DNA of 64,000 bases from positions 207-64,206 of the IMG/VR virus record IMGVR_UViG_3300033074_001459. The stretch is one strand, 5' to 3'. This stretch comes from a virus (Duplodnaviria > Caudoviricetes). Below the pieces are notes generated by a model. It saw nothing but the letters and a program-made list of their open reading frames with translations, searched no databases and had not been told where the DNA came from. Within the stretch, counting starts at the first letter, position 1, and every line of letters starts with the position of its first letter. This document shows positions 19,635 through 29,219 of the stretch, piece after piece. The translations under genes and the position numbers were made by a program.

Positions 19635-20003
19635 ATGTCCACGTTTGACAAGTCCACCAGAATGAACCTACCGGCAGAGAAGATGCTGCCGGAGGTAGGG
19701 CGCACCGGGTACCTCTCCAGCTCGCCCACCAAGGTTTGGGAGTCTGATAGCAATCTGCCAGCCCATGTGCGGTTGCTCATCATCAACACGGGAGCTGCCA
19801 CCAAATTCAATGTGTATGTGGTGGATGACGGCGAGAGCCCGGTGGCTCTGGACCTGGTAGGCTACCAAGTGGATCTGGACACGAACGAGACTATGGCGTA
19901 CCCGGACAACGACCTGTGGATTCCAGCCAATGCCGAGGTATGGGTGTCTTCTGTGGCGTCCGATCAGGTGCTTGCATACCTGATGGCACACAAGTACGTC
20001 TAG
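19635..20003 (+). CDS. Small beta-rich structural protein
   Basis: AAGGAGG RBS; last gene of the plus-strand arm. Confidence 0.5.
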   Translation: MSTFDKSTRMNLPAEKMLPEVGRTGYLSSSPTKVWESDSNLPAHVRLLIINTGAATKFNVYVVDDGESPVALDLVGYQVDLDTNETMAYPDNDLWIPANAEVWVSSVASDQVLAYLMAHKYV

Positions 20004-20164
20004 CTCTGCAGAACCGCTTCTAGCCTTTTTCGGATTACGGAGTCAGCCAGAGGAAACCAGACTGGGGCCACAGCGGCGTAATAGGTAGAGTGTATCCAGT
20101 AGTATTCAGTCCGAATAGCACTGTACATTTTTTGCGTGAGCGTTTTACTGCTGGTTACTGTCAC
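20000..20164 (-). CDS. Hypothetical protein, 54 aa (MTVTSSKTLTQKMY…AVLQS)
   Basis: GTG start just after the upstream stop; TAG stop overlaps the opposite-strand stop within CTAG; not in the ORF track. Confidence 0.35.
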   Translation of the reverse strand: MTVTSSKTLTQKMYSAIRTEYYWIHSTYYAAVAPVWFPLADSVIRKRLEAVLQS

Positions 20165-20165
20165 G

Positions 20166-20324
20166 CTACCCCCGCTTCCGTATCACGTCGATAAGCGCGT
20201 CCAGGAACGCACTGACCGACAGGTCCCTGGACTCGGCTTCCCCTCTCAGCCATTCGGAATTCTCCTCCTTAAGGGAGAAGCTGCATCGGACCACCGTCTG
20301 GTCCACTCGACGTGCTCTAGCCAT
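20166..20324 (-). CDS. Ribbon-helix-helix DNA-binding protein
   Basis: AAGGAG RBS, TAATG overlap; VVRCSFSLKEENSEWLRGEAESRDLSVSAFLDALI fits a CopG/Arc-like pattern. Confidence 0.55.
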   Translation of the reverse strand: MARARRVDQTVVRCSFSLKEENSEWLRGEAESRDLSVSAFLDALIDVIRKRG

Positions 20325-20848
20325 TATAGGGTCACTCCTTTTAATCGACGTATGGGCTTGGGTATCAGGTACCAAAATAATAACTGCACCGTAATAATAT
20401 CGCCACGGCCATCATACCTCTTTGAAGTGCTCAGGTCTATCACTTGGGCATCGTCTACGTAAGCCCCCCATCCGCCCTTACCCTTGGGCATAAGCGCGTC
20501 CAATACTTGCTTGGCCAGATTGTCCACGTCCGGCCTGGAGATGCGTTCTTTACCCTCCCAGTGGGCTGTCGGGGTGGAGAAGTAATTGTAAATCTGACAG
20601 CTCACCGGGCCGCCCCAGGGGAAGTCTGCTGCTATACCCAGCTCGCCTACCTTCCGGGTGAACGCCCGAAGAATCTCTTCCTGGTGTCTTCGGTCTTTAT
20701 CGTTCTTGCGCATATACAGCTTGCCGGTTTTGGATACCCCCGGGCTGGCCCGCTTCCAGGACACGGGCCGCTTCCACATCGAGAACACCACGTTATGCGC
20801 CAGCGGGGCACTGACATCCGGTAACCATATTCGCAAAGGACTGTCCAC
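20324..20848 (-). CDS. rusA: RusA-family Holliday junction resolvase
   Basis: RPDVDNLAKQVLDAL and YVDDAQVIDL motifs. Confidence 0.85.
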   Translation of the reverse strand: MDSPLRIWLPDVSAPLAHNVVFSMWKRPVSWKRASPGVSKTGKLYMRKNDKDRRHQEEILRAFTRKVGELGIAADFPWGGPVSCQIYNYFSTPTAHWEGKERISRPDVDNLAKQVLDALMPKGKGGWGAYVDDAQVIDLSTSKRYDGRGDIITVQLLFWYLIPKPIRRLKGVTL

Positions 20849-22577
20849 CTTTCTTCACGACCTGCAGTACAGAGTCGTCCGCCTGCAATCCGTCCGACCT
20901 GGGCAGGGTAACCAGGATAGTCTCAGCCGAGGAGGCTGCAGCCATATTCCGTAATACATCCAGGTACCTGCGCATACCAGTAATATCTAACACTCCGACC
21001 GGGTCGTCAATAAGTAATACGGACAGCTTGCATTTTGCCTGCTGCAGTAGAGTATCCCGGAGCGCCAACAGGATGGCGAACGTAGCCCTCCAGGCTTCCC
21101 CCTCGGAGTAGGTGCTGATGTCCCTGGGGGCCTTGCCCTCCTGGGTGACCGTGATTTCGAACTTCTCTCGACCCGCTGAGTCTGTGCTGGGGTAAGCTAT
21201 GGTCAGCATATCCCCGGCAATGGTACGCAGATACCTATCAGTACAGGCTTCCAGCGCCCCTCGGATACGGTCGAACAGCAGGTTGCGGACCTCACTGGAT
21301 AGTATCGTCACCAGCTTGCCTGACACCTGAATCTCGGTAGCCAGGTCCAACTGCTTCTGCACCACCGCGTGGATTTCGCCTTTCTCTTCGGCTATGGCTT
21401 CGACAATCTCGTCCCGTCGTCGTTCCAAATCCCGGGAACCCTGCGTGGTTTCCGACTTCTTTCGGTGCAAGTACGCCAGCTCATAGTTCAGCTCGGCGAT
21501 GTCCGACTTACGCTTTTCAGCCTGCTCCCTCCAGGTGCGCAGAGCGGTGATGCGCTTCTCGATGTTGTCGTAGTCTCGGTCCAGCACGGCCTTCTCCTGA
21601 CGCAGGGCTTCCAACTCCTGGGCTCGGGCCTCATTCTCCTTCTTGATGTACTGCAGGGTGTTGTAGTCCACCACGCTGCAGCAGTACCTGCATCGCTCGC
21701 CTTCCCCTATCCTGGCAGGTAGGGGCTGGTTGTTGGCGATTTGCTCCTGGTTCACCCGGATGCGCTTGTTCAGGTCGATACGCCGTTCTTCCAGGAACTC
21801 GGCGGTATCCTTGGGTTCCTTAAGGTTCGCGCAGACGATGTCGTGGAGTTTCCGCTGCAGTCGGGTAATCTCCTCATTCAATTTGGTCAGCCCCTCGGAT
21901 TCTTGCACCCTGATGGATGCCAGGTCTGCCACGATTTGGGCCAGCTTCTGCTCCTGGGCCTGGATGTTGCGCTTACGCAGCTCTATCTCGTGAGTCAACC
22001 TGCTATAGGCGTGCTCGGCTGTACTCTTGTTGGTCTTGAGGATGGCAGCCGCCCTCTGGAATACCTGGTCATCTACAAGGTCCCCGAGTACGGCAGCCCT
22101 GGCAGCAGGCTGCAGCTTCAGAAACTGGACAGAGCCCGAAGTGCTGGCCAGGTACATCGCGTTCGCAAACAGGGAGAAGGTGATGCCTAAATACTCACAG
22201 ATGCGCCGGTCTACCTCCTTGACATCTCCCACGATTCTACCGTGTTCTGGCGTCTCCAGCACCACGCTGCTGCCCTTGGCGGTGTAAGTACGGGTGATGG
22301 TCACCTGCTTCCCGAAGCGCACCATAACCTCCATCCTTTCGCCCGGGACACACTGCTCACTGACCAACTCCGAAGCCTTTACCTTGCCTGCAGTCTGGCC
22401 AAACAAGGCGTAGCAGATAGCGTGCAGTATGGTGGTCTTACCCGATGCGTTGCTGTCCGCCTCCTGCGGGTTGTCCTGATTGCTGCCGAGCAGGAACGTA
22501 AGCCCGTTCGGGAACTTGAACGAATGCTTGCCGTAGTAAGCCCCGAAGTTCTCCAGCTCAACTTTGTCCAGTCTCAT
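20793..22577 (-). CDS. SbcC/Rad50/T4 gp46-like ABC ATPase
   Basis: LENFGAY, SNASGKTTI (Walker A), central coiled coil with CRYC zinc hook, YSEGE signature, VLLIDDP Walker B. Confidence 0.85.
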   Translation of the reverse strand: MRLDKVELENFGAYYGKHSFKFPNGLTFLLGSNQDNPQEADSNASGKTTILHAICYALFGQTAGKVKASELVSEQCVPGERMEVMVRFGKQVTITRTYTAKGSSVVLETPEHGRIVGDVKEVDRRICEYLGITFSLFANAMYLASTSGSVQFLKLQPAARAAVLGDLVDDQVFQRAAAILKTNKSTAEHAYSRLTHEIELRKRNIQAQEQKLAQIVADLASIRVQESEGLTKLNEEITRLQRKLHDIVCANLKEPKDTAEFLEERRIDLNKRIRVNQEQIANNQPLPARIGEGERCRYCCSVVDYNTLQYIKKENEARAQELEALRQEKAVLDRDYDNIEKRITALRTWREQAEKRKSDIAELNYELAYLHRKKSETTQGSRDLERRRDEIVEAIAEEKGEIHAVVQKQLDLATEIQVSGKLVTILSSEVRNLLFDRIRGALEACTDRYLRTIAGDMLTIAYPSTDSAGREKFEITVTQEGKAPRDISTYSEGEAWRATFAILLALRDTLLQQAKCKLSVLLIDDPVGVLDITGMRRYLDVLRNMAAASSAETILVTLPRSDGLQADDSVLQVVKKGGQSFANMVTGCQCPAGA

Positions 22578-22975
22578 TTGGAAGCCTCGATCAACAGGGT
22601 TTTGAAGTGGTGGCGGTTGACCGCGTCTACTTTTTTAATAGCCTTGCTGATGGCATTGTCCAGGCGTATCACGGTCTGGAATTCTGGGAGCACCTGCAGC
22701 AGGTATTTGGTCCGAAGCTCCAGCGAGTTCTTCATAGTGGAGAACAAGCGCAGCATCCTGGGAGAGGCAGTGGCAATCAGGTTGCGAGCAGCCTCCACCG
22801 CTTCTTCGGTCACACCTTCTCGATAGGCTCTCTTGGTGGAAAACTCCCCGCAAGCGTCGGTATCTTCATACACCTCTGGTCGAAAGAATTCCAGGCCGTC
22901 TGGCCCGTTATACACCACAGGCGGATAACGGTAGCACAATCTGAACTTCAAATGGATGCAGTCTTTACATGTCAT
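22574..22975 (-). CDS. Hypothetical Cys-rich phage protein
   Basis: CKDC...CYRYPP...DACGEF motif. Confidence 0.6.
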   Translation of the reverse strand: MTCKDCIHLKFRLCYRYPPVVYNGPDGLEFFRPEVYEDTDACGEFSTKRAYREGVTEEAVEAARNLIATASPRMLRLFSTMKNSLELRTKYLLQVLPEFQTVIRLDNAISKAIKKVDAVNRHHFKTLLIEASK

Positions 22976-23118
22976 CGTTGCTTTCTTCTCCTTTTTCGTA
23001 CGTAGACTCCGAACACACCGGCTTTGGAGTACACTCCCACCGACCTAGTTAGCCAGTGCAGGCCGCAGTTGTCGCAGTTTTGCGAGCGTAACTTTTTAGA
23101 ACAAGTCGGGCAGGTCAC
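22972..23118 (-). CDS. 48-aa zinc-ribbon protein (MTCPTCSKKLRSQNCDNCG…)
   Basis: GTGA and ATGA overlaps on both sides; two CxxC motifs; not in the ORF track. Confidence 0.5.
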   Translation of the reverse strand: MTCPTCSKKLRSQNCDNCGLHWLTRSVGVYSKAGVFGVYVRKRRRKQR

Positions 23119-23333
23119 CACAGCTTGTAATACCTATGACCGGATGCGCATCGATAGGTGGTCATAATACTTACCTCGTTCAGTCGCTCGGTGCAGGGAA
23201 GCCCGCACGTCTTGCATAGCACCCCTGATTCGAAGGGCTCCCACCTTTCCAGATGCTCCAGAGATTCTTCCTGGCTGCGTCCTTTGCGTGTGTACACGTA
23301 ATGCACCCCACGTTTCCCTCCGTAGTTAGACAT
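23115..23333 (-). CDS. Hypothetical Zn-finger protein
   Basis: CKTCG and CASGH motifs; GGAGG RBS. Confidence 0.55.
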   Translation of the reverse strand: MSNYGGKRGVHYVYTRKGRSQEESLEHLERWEPFESGVLCKTCGLPCTERLNEVSIMTTYRCASGHRYYKLW

Positions 23334-23496
23334 CTTGCATAGCCCTCCACTTCTCGACTAGCTCTTGCTCGTACAGGTTCAGCTTCTCCAACTGCGATTG
23401 CAGCTCAGCCCTGCTTTCCCTTACGTAATACAACTTTCTCTGGAGCAGGACGGCCTCGAACTCTTTTTCGCGCTCCTCTTCCACTTCATCGGTCAC
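23326..23496 (-). CDS. 56-aa coiled-coil protein (MTDEVEEEREKEF…)
   Basis: GTGA overlap with the nuclease stop; not in the ORF track. Confidence 0.5.
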   Translation of the reverse strand: MTDEVEEEREKEFEAVLLQRKLYYVRESRAELQSQLEKLNLYEQELVEKWRAMQDV

Positions 23497-24542
23497 TTGC
23501 CGTACACCTCATTCCTGGCTCTCTTGATGGCGTGTTCGCCCAGTTCTATGTACATCGGGTCGGTAATCTTCTTGTTGTCCAGCAGGGCCCGGAATACAGC
23601 AATTGGGTCGGAGCTGTTCACCTTCTCCAGTCTGCGGTGCCCCTCGTCGATTCGTCGCTGTCCCCACCAATCTATCTGCACCCGGTCCTTACCTAGCCAG
23701 GACTTCAGCGCAGGCACCAGCTCTATGTGAGCCTGGATGCGCAGGCATTCGTGGGGCCCCGGCTCAGGCGGCAGCTTGTCATCAGGACCTAGCTTCACGG
23801 TTCTGTATTGCAGATACTTGCCGGACAGCTTGACGTTGTCCACTTTGACCTGCCCGGAGTTGGTGTCCACCACCCATACCCCCTGGTCGTGAGCGTCCCC
23901 AAACCCGTGGGGGATAGGAGAACCCCCATACATAGTCCTGTCCCCCAGGTGTTGGGTCAGGTGGTAGTCCCCGAGGAACACGAAGTTATACCGGTGAGGT
24001 TGCAGGTCGCTTAGGTAAACCTTCTGTGGCACCCTGTAGCAATTGCTGGGGCTCACCTGCCCCTCGTTTAGACCGACATGCCCCACCAGTATCTTCACCT
24101 GGACCGGGTCGATGGCAGCCCGCTGAGCTGACGTTGCAGCCACTTGCTTGAAGGTATCCCCCAGATACCAGGGCAGGAAGTAGAGCGTGCAATTGCCCTC
24201 TGTCATAGAGGATGGGCGGGTGACGACATCAGCCACGCCCTGGAACAGGTTCAACAGTGTATCGTGGGGGGCTGACTTCAACCCTATCTCGTGATTGCCT
24301 CGCAGCAGGACCCACGGCACACCCCTCTGCTTACTCAGGGATAGCTCGTTGTATACCAGGTTCAGAACCTCGGCATTCACCCCGTGCTTCTCGTCCCACA
24401 GATCCCCTGCAAGCACCACCTTGGAGCAGCCCTGGTGCAAAGCCTGCAAAGAAATCTCGCGTAATAGCATTCCGTAATACTTAGTCTTCCAAGCAGGCTT
24501 GTTCTTGCAGTGTACGTCACACGTGAATAGGTATCTCGGCAC
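23493..24542 (-). CDS. SbcD/Mre11/T4 gp47-like metallophosphoesterase nuclease
   Basis: DVH, GDLWD, GNHE, GHV and GDYH motifs. Confidence 0.85.
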   Translation of the reverse strand: MPRYLFTCDVHCKNKPAWKTKYYGMLLREISLQALHQGCSKVVLAGDLWDEKHGVNAEVLNLVYNELSLSKQRGVPWVLLRGNHEIGLKSAPHDTLLNLFQGVADVVTRPSSMTEGNCTLYFLPWYLGDTFKQVAATSAQRAAIDPVQVKILVGHVGLNEGQVSPSNCYRVPQKVYLSDLQPHRYNFVFLGDYHLTQHLGDRTMYGGSPIPHGFGDAHDQGVWVVDTNSGQVKVDNVKLSGKYLQYRTVKLGPDDKLPPEPGPHECLRIQAHIELVPALKSWLGKDRVQIDWWGQRRIDEGHRRLEKVNSSDPIAVFRALLDNKKITDPMYIELGEHAIKRARNEVYGK

Positions 24543-25341
24543 TTCTTAAAACCTCTCTGGCAGCCTGGGGTGTAAGGTCCCCGGGCTCGGGCTGGTCGGT
24601 AATAACGACCACGTTCTTTACCGGACCCTTAAGTATTACTATAGCATCCTTGGCACCCTTGACGCCTGGTACATCTGGGTCATACCAGACCACCAAATTT
24701 TTGATGCGGTCGCCGTGCTCCCAGAACCAGTCCTGCATAGCATCGGTTATCTTGGTGCCCAAGGTGGCAACAGCCCATCGCTCCAGCGCAGGGGTTATCA
24801 CATCGAAGATGCCCTCCACCAGGATGACAGTCTCCAGGTTCATTTGTTCTCGGCGCAGGAACCAGTGCTCCGCCCTGGTGGTGCCTTTGGGTTCCACTCT
24901 CCAGCCCTTGCAATCGGGGTCTACGTGCCTCGACATCCAGGCGTCGGTGGGTTGCTGGTCTATACGGAACAGAGGGGCCCGTATACGCTCCCGAGTCTCG
25001 TCATAGGTGAAATCTTTGACCTGTTCGGGGGTGCATTTTCGATAGTCTTCCAGGTGCCAGCGTGCAGACCAGTAGTCCTGGTACGGATATACTATGGAAG
25101 GCTGTCTCTCCTTGGGCTTGGGCAGCTCCACCGGCAGCCCTGCCTTCACGGAGCTGCGGAACATCCTGGCCATACCCCTGGCACCGAACCCGGGCTGCCC
25201 TGGGCAGGAGAAGCACCGTCCGGCCTGCCGGTCGTCGTTCCACCACAGGTTGTTGTGCAAGCACTTGGGGCATTGCATCTTGTATTCGGTCCCGTTTCGC
25301 CCACGGTACCTGCTTATCCAGCGCGACGGAGTGAACCTCAT
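24517..25341 (-). CDS. DNA primase (Zn-binding plus TOPRIM domains)
   Basis: CPKC...CFSC; ILVEGIFD; WYDPD (DxD). Confidence 0.85.
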   Translation of the reverse strand: MRFTPSRWISRYRGRNGTEYKMQCPKCLHNNLWWNDDRQAGRCFSCPGQPGFGARGMARMFRSSVKAGLPVELPKPKERQPSIVYPYQDYWSARWHLEDYRKCTPEQVKDFTYDETRERIRAPLFRIDQQPTDAWMSRHVDPDCKGWRVEPKGTTRAEHWFLRREQMNLETVILVEGIFDVITPALERWAVATLGTKITDAMQDWFWEHGDRIKNLVVWYDPDVPGVKGAKDAIVILKGPVKNVVVITDQPEPGDLTPQAAREVLRSAEIPIHV

Positions 25342-25616
25342 ACCGCCGCTTCGATGTCCAGCCCACGGAACTCTGGCAGTTCGCCCACCTCGAAGTAAGG
25401 CAGGTCGTACAGGATACTCTTGGTCAGAGCTTCAATGTCTGGCAGGTAGTCTTCGGGGAATACCCAGGATGCAGTAGCCTTGCGGAACCCGAACTCAGGG
25501 GGCCGCCTGTGCTCGTAGGGTACTATGGCCTTGACCGCAGCAATCAGCTTGGGATTGTAAGGGAATCGACACTCTATCAGTCCGTTCTTGATGCATACGT
25601 AGGTAGCGTACTTCAC
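25338..25616 (-). CDS. Stand-alone HARP-like domain protein
   Basis: FPYNPKLIAAVKAI...WVFP pattern. Confidence 0.5.
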   Translation of the reverse strand: MKYATYVCIKNGLIECRFPYNPKLIAAVKAIVPYEHRRPPEFGFRKATASWVFPEDYLPDIEALTKSILYDLPYFEVGELPEFRGLDIEAAV

Positions 25617-27115
25617 TTCTTCTCCTCCTTTCCGGCAGCGACGGCGCGAATCACCTTCTTGGCCAGGGCCTGAACCTCGGGGTCTTCTTCTGAAGTAGGC
25701 TCGGGCTTGGGTTTCTGGATGCGCTTCTTCTTGCTCTCGGGGCTGTTGGGGTCTTGGCGTGGGCCTGCATCCAGGTAGTAGGGTTCGGCCTCATCCTCGA
25801 TGAAGGTTTGGGTGCGGTTGTCTCGCACGTAACTGGTCACGAACTTGTTCCTCAGCCTCCTGGTCTTGGCCCAGAAGATGCTCATACGCCCCAGCAACCG
25901 CTGCGCTTTGGTACCAAACAGCATAGGGATAACAGCAGCGTGATGGGATTTGGTGAACGCCTCCGAGAGATTGTCGATGTCCGGGACCTCAATGTATTTG
26001 GCTGTTCGGTTGAGCTGAGTCGGGAAGATGCCTAACTTTTCGAACTCCTCGCACAGCCCGGCGAACTCCTTGGTCACTTCGTCCAGTCCGAACCGATGCT
26101 CTCTGTACGACCGGCGGGCAGTGAACGTGTCGATGTAGTCCCCCATAACTGCGTCGAATAGCCCGGCACTCTTCTCGTGTACCCCCCTGGCCAAGTCGTA
26201 GGGGCGTAGCATCTTCTCGAACTGGAGCATATCCCTGCGGAAGTCAGCCACCGTTTTGCTACCTCGTGGCCACTTCCTTATCACCAACTGTCTGTGGATG
26301 TTCGGGTACCGTTTCCTGACCTGCATCAGTTTGTACTGTGTCTGGTTGTCAGGGTTTACCAGGTCATCCGTAGAACAGCCTGCCAGGTTCGCCCAGATTT
26401 TGGCAATGAACTCTTCGAACGTATTGTCGCACTGGGCGATGTAGACCCGGAACCCCTGCCGGATCATATTGCAGGCCAGAGTCACCAGCATCATAGTTTT
26501 CCCATCCTCTGGCAAAGCGGCGGGCATAATCAGCTCCCCTCGGCGGCCCCCGCCACCCAACCAGAAGTCGGTACGGGGCCAGCCCAGGGGGATGGGGTTA
26601 CCCAGGTATGTCTTCAGCGTCTGCTCGGGCTGGGTAATCCAGCGGTCGTCCAGGGGCATAGCCCACTGCCCGGCCTCGTTGCGAGAGATGGCGGTCAATA
26701 CATCCAACCTGGACTGCACCCAGCTACAAATCTCCGGGTAGGTGTGCGGGTCCATCTCTGCTATTCGTTCGGCCAGGGTAGCCCGCTCAGCCTCCAGCAC
26801 GCAGCCCAGCACCACCTGCCGGTCAAGACCGTCTAGTTCCTCTTCGTAGATACGGTCCACGACCTTCAACAAAACGCGGCCCTTATCAGGAGAACTACGT
26901 AATACTTGTTTGGTGTCTAGCCAGCTCTTCATTTGAGATTGAGTGGGAACAGTCTCAAACCGCTGCCAGGAGTCTTGAATCAGTTGATGGATGAACTCGA
27001 CCACCTGATTCTTGAACTGGAAGTTTGTCTCCTGGAAGATGGGTTCCAGGCTAGGGTACTCGTCGGGGTTCTGGACAATGTAAGATAGTAGGCTGATCTC
27101 CGGCGCAGCAGACAT
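25613..27115 (-). CDS. DnaB/T4 gp41-like replicative helicase
   Basis: GGGRRGELI, PEDGKT (Walker A), MGDYID, FPTQLNR motifs. Confidence 0.8.
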   Translation of the reverse strand: MSAAPEISLLSYIVQNPDEYPSLEPIFQETNFQFKNQVVEFIHQLIQDSWQRFETVPTQSQMKSWLDTKQVLRSSPDKGRVLLKVVDRIYEEELDGLDRQVVLGCVLEAERATLAERIAEMDPHTYPEICSWVQSRLDVLTAISRNEAGQWAMPLDDRWITQPEQTLKTYLGNPIPLGWPRTDFWLGGGGRRGELIMPAALPEDGKTMMLVTLACNMIRQGFRVYIAQCDNTFEEFIAKIWANLAGCSTDDLVNPDNQTQYKLMQVRKRYPNIHRQLVIRKWPRGSKTVADFRRDMLQFEKMLRPYDLARGVHEKSAGLFDAVMGDYIDTFTARRSYREHRFGLDEVTKEFAGLCEEFEKLGIFPTQLNRTAKYIEVPDIDNLSEAFTKSHHAAVIPMLFGTKAQRLLGRMSIFWAKTRRLRNKFVTSYVRDNRTQTFIEDEAEPYYLDAGPRQDPNSPESKKKRIQKPKPEPTSEEDPEVQALAKKVIRAVAAGKEEKK

Positions 27116-28243
27116 TTACTTCTGATTCCATCGGTCTTCTTGGCAGGACTCGTCGAACAACTCCTGGTAAAAGCACTGCCCTCCCTGTTCCCGCAGTAAT
27201 TCATGCACAGCGGTATTCTCGGGCTTGACAATTTCCTTGTACCAGTCCATCCGATAGCGGCTCTCGCCGTTCCATACCAAGTAGTTGCCACGAGTCTCCA
27301 TATAACCGTGGTGGGCCATAAAATCGAAGCAGGCTATCTCGTTCAGCCACCCGCTGCGGTAGTGATAGGGGACGTAGAAGGAGCGTCCGCCTACCTCGTC
27401 CCGGAGCTTCTCCAGGGAGAATTTGCTGCAGTCTATCCAGCGTCTTCCTTTGGTTTCCTCCGCCACCAGATATACACCGTTTTCTTTGGCAGCAGTGGCA
27501 GACACGATAGACATTTCGATTCGGGTGCTGATGTAGTGGCGCAGAGCCCTACCACCGGGGACTTTGTCGGTAGGCGGACCATACGAACTGCCGCCTGTCT
27601 GGTCACGGTGCTGCTGTAAGAACACCAGGTATACATTCGAGTTGGTGAGGCGCTTAAGCGCATCGGTAGAACGAAAGTACTGGGCGAGTTTGCCGGGCGT
27701 TCCCATAGGTAGCCCGCTGTGCCGGATGTCGTTCTCAGACTCCTTCTTAGGTGCAAGCATAGCCAGAGTGTCTAGCCCTATGACAATCGGGACATCCACG
27801 TCTGTGATACCCGAGTCCAGGAACTTGTCCAGGCTGAGCAGCCACTCCTCAATATTGAGCGGACGGGTATACATAAACCGAGTTTCGTCCAGGTCCACCT
27901 TCAGCATTCGGGCCACCGGTTCGTTCCAGGAATCCTCCGGGTTAGCCAGCCAGAAGAATCCTCCCTGTTCTTGGGCCTGTGCTCCCAGGTGGTACAGGAA
28001 GGAGGATTTCAGCGCGCCCTCTCCCCCGTGAATCAGGCAAGCCCTGCCGCCCGGCAGCCCGCCACCAGTAGGCTTGTCCAAAAAAGTCAGCCCCGTGCGT
28101 AAACGATTGGTAATACTTGGGACCTGCAGATCCTCCTTGGTGGCTTTGCTGATTGCAGCCCGGACTTTCTTCCAGTAATCCCGAGCTGAGGAACCTTCGG
28201 GCAGTGCGATGCCCTTCGATTTTGGCTTGGTTGGTCTACCCAT
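27116..28243 (-). CDS. RecA/UvsX-like recombinase
   Basis: TGLTFLD..TGGGLPGGR, IVIGLDTLA, LQQHRD, VPGGRALRHYISTRIEM motifs; start placed at ATG 28243 after GAAAGG. Confidence 0.85.
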   Translation of the reverse strand: MGRPTKPKSKGIALPEGSSARDYWKKVRAAISKATKEDLQVPSITNRLRTGLTFLDKPTGGGLPGGRACLIHGGEGALKSSFLYHLGAQAQEQGGFFWLANPEDSWNEPVARMLKVDLDETRFMYTRPLNIEEWLLSLDKFLDSGITDVDVPIVIGLDTLAMLAPKKESENDIRHSGLPMGTPGKLAQYFRSTDALKRLTNSNVYLVFLQQHRDQTGGSSYGPPTDKVPGGRALRHYISTRIEMSIVSATAAKENGVYLVAEETKGRRWIDCSKFSLEKLRDEVGGRSFYVPYHYRSGWLNEIACFDFMAHHGYMETRGNYLVWNGESRYRMDWYKEIVKPENTAVHELLREQGGQCFYQELFDESCQEDRWNQK

Positions 28244-28322
28244 ATACATCCTTTCGCTAGAGACAAAGGGGCCCCGGCAGGCTACCACTACTCAGGTAGG
28301 CCACCGAGGCCGGTTAGTGTTA

Positions 28323-29219
28323 CTATACCTGACCGCGCTTCAACGAGTCCAGGTCATAGTCGTGGAACTGGATGAGAGCCTTTATAGCCCAGCACTGTTT
28401 GAGCATACTCAGGCCCCTGTCGTAGCCTACCTTGTAGTTCTTGGAGAAGGGTCCCTGCTCCTGAGATGCGCCAAACCCAATTACATTTGGCATTTTGGAT
28501 GCAATCTCCAACTCCTTGGAGTTCAGCTCGCCGCGCTCGGCCGGAGTGAGGGACTGCCCGTTCTGCTTCTTCTCCCACGTAAACCAGCGACCCTTGCGGC
28601 TGCTGAGGTTCTCCTCCTCTTCCAGGACGTGGGCGTGAATCAGCTTGATGAGTGAAAGGTCCGCATTCCCTTCGTAGTTTTTGGCGTTCAGTGCCAATAC
28701 GGCTCCCATCATAGCCCGGTCATCAGGGACGTAGACTTTTTTGCTCTCGCCCTTGTCGTTGGTCTGGTCGGCTTCGCTTGCACCCACCAGGATGGGATAC
28801 AGGAACTTGCGGCACTCGTTGGAGGACATCTCGTCCACGCAATTGAGCAGGTCCCGGTCGATCATATCGTCGTCGCTGTACTCTTTGGAGATGTCGTGGA
28901 CAACGTCACAAACCGGACAAGGAGCGGCCAGCTTACCGCTGTCGGTGTACCCCTTGTAAGACTCGGTGCAGAGGATTCGGAAGTAGGACTCCTCTCGCTC
29001 CTTCATAGTCATACTCCAGCGAGAGCCGGTGGCTTCCTTCTGCACCTCGTGGACGGTGTAAATGTGGAACCCTTGAGGGCACTTCTCATCGTTGGCCAGG
29101 AACCGGATACGGTATCGACCGGCAGCGAATTTGTTGCGGTTGGCCCAGGGCCACCGGCTCACTTTCTTACCAAGCGGTTTCTGTTCGTCGATCTTTTTGA
29201 ATAGGTCTGCTACGTTCAT
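28323..29219 (-). CDS. Single-stranded DNA-binding protein (T4 gp32-like)
   Basis: YRIRFL, H...C...CPVC zinc motif; position within the replication/recombination cluster. Confidence 0.6.
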   Translation of the reverse strand: MNVADLFKKIDEQKPLGKKVSRWPWANRNKFAAGRYRIRFLANDEKCPQGFHIYTVHEVQKEATGSRWSMTMKEREESYFRILCTESYKGYTDSGKLAAPCPVCDVVHDISKEYSDDDMIDRDLLNCVDEMSSNECRKFLYPILVGASEADQTNDKGESKKVYVPDDRAMMGAVLALNAKNYEGNADLSLIKLIHAHVLEEEENLSSRKGRWFTWEKKQNGQSLTPAERGELNSKELEIASKMPNVIGFGASQEQGPFSKNYKVGYDRGLSMLKQCWAIKALIQFHDYDLDSLKRGQV

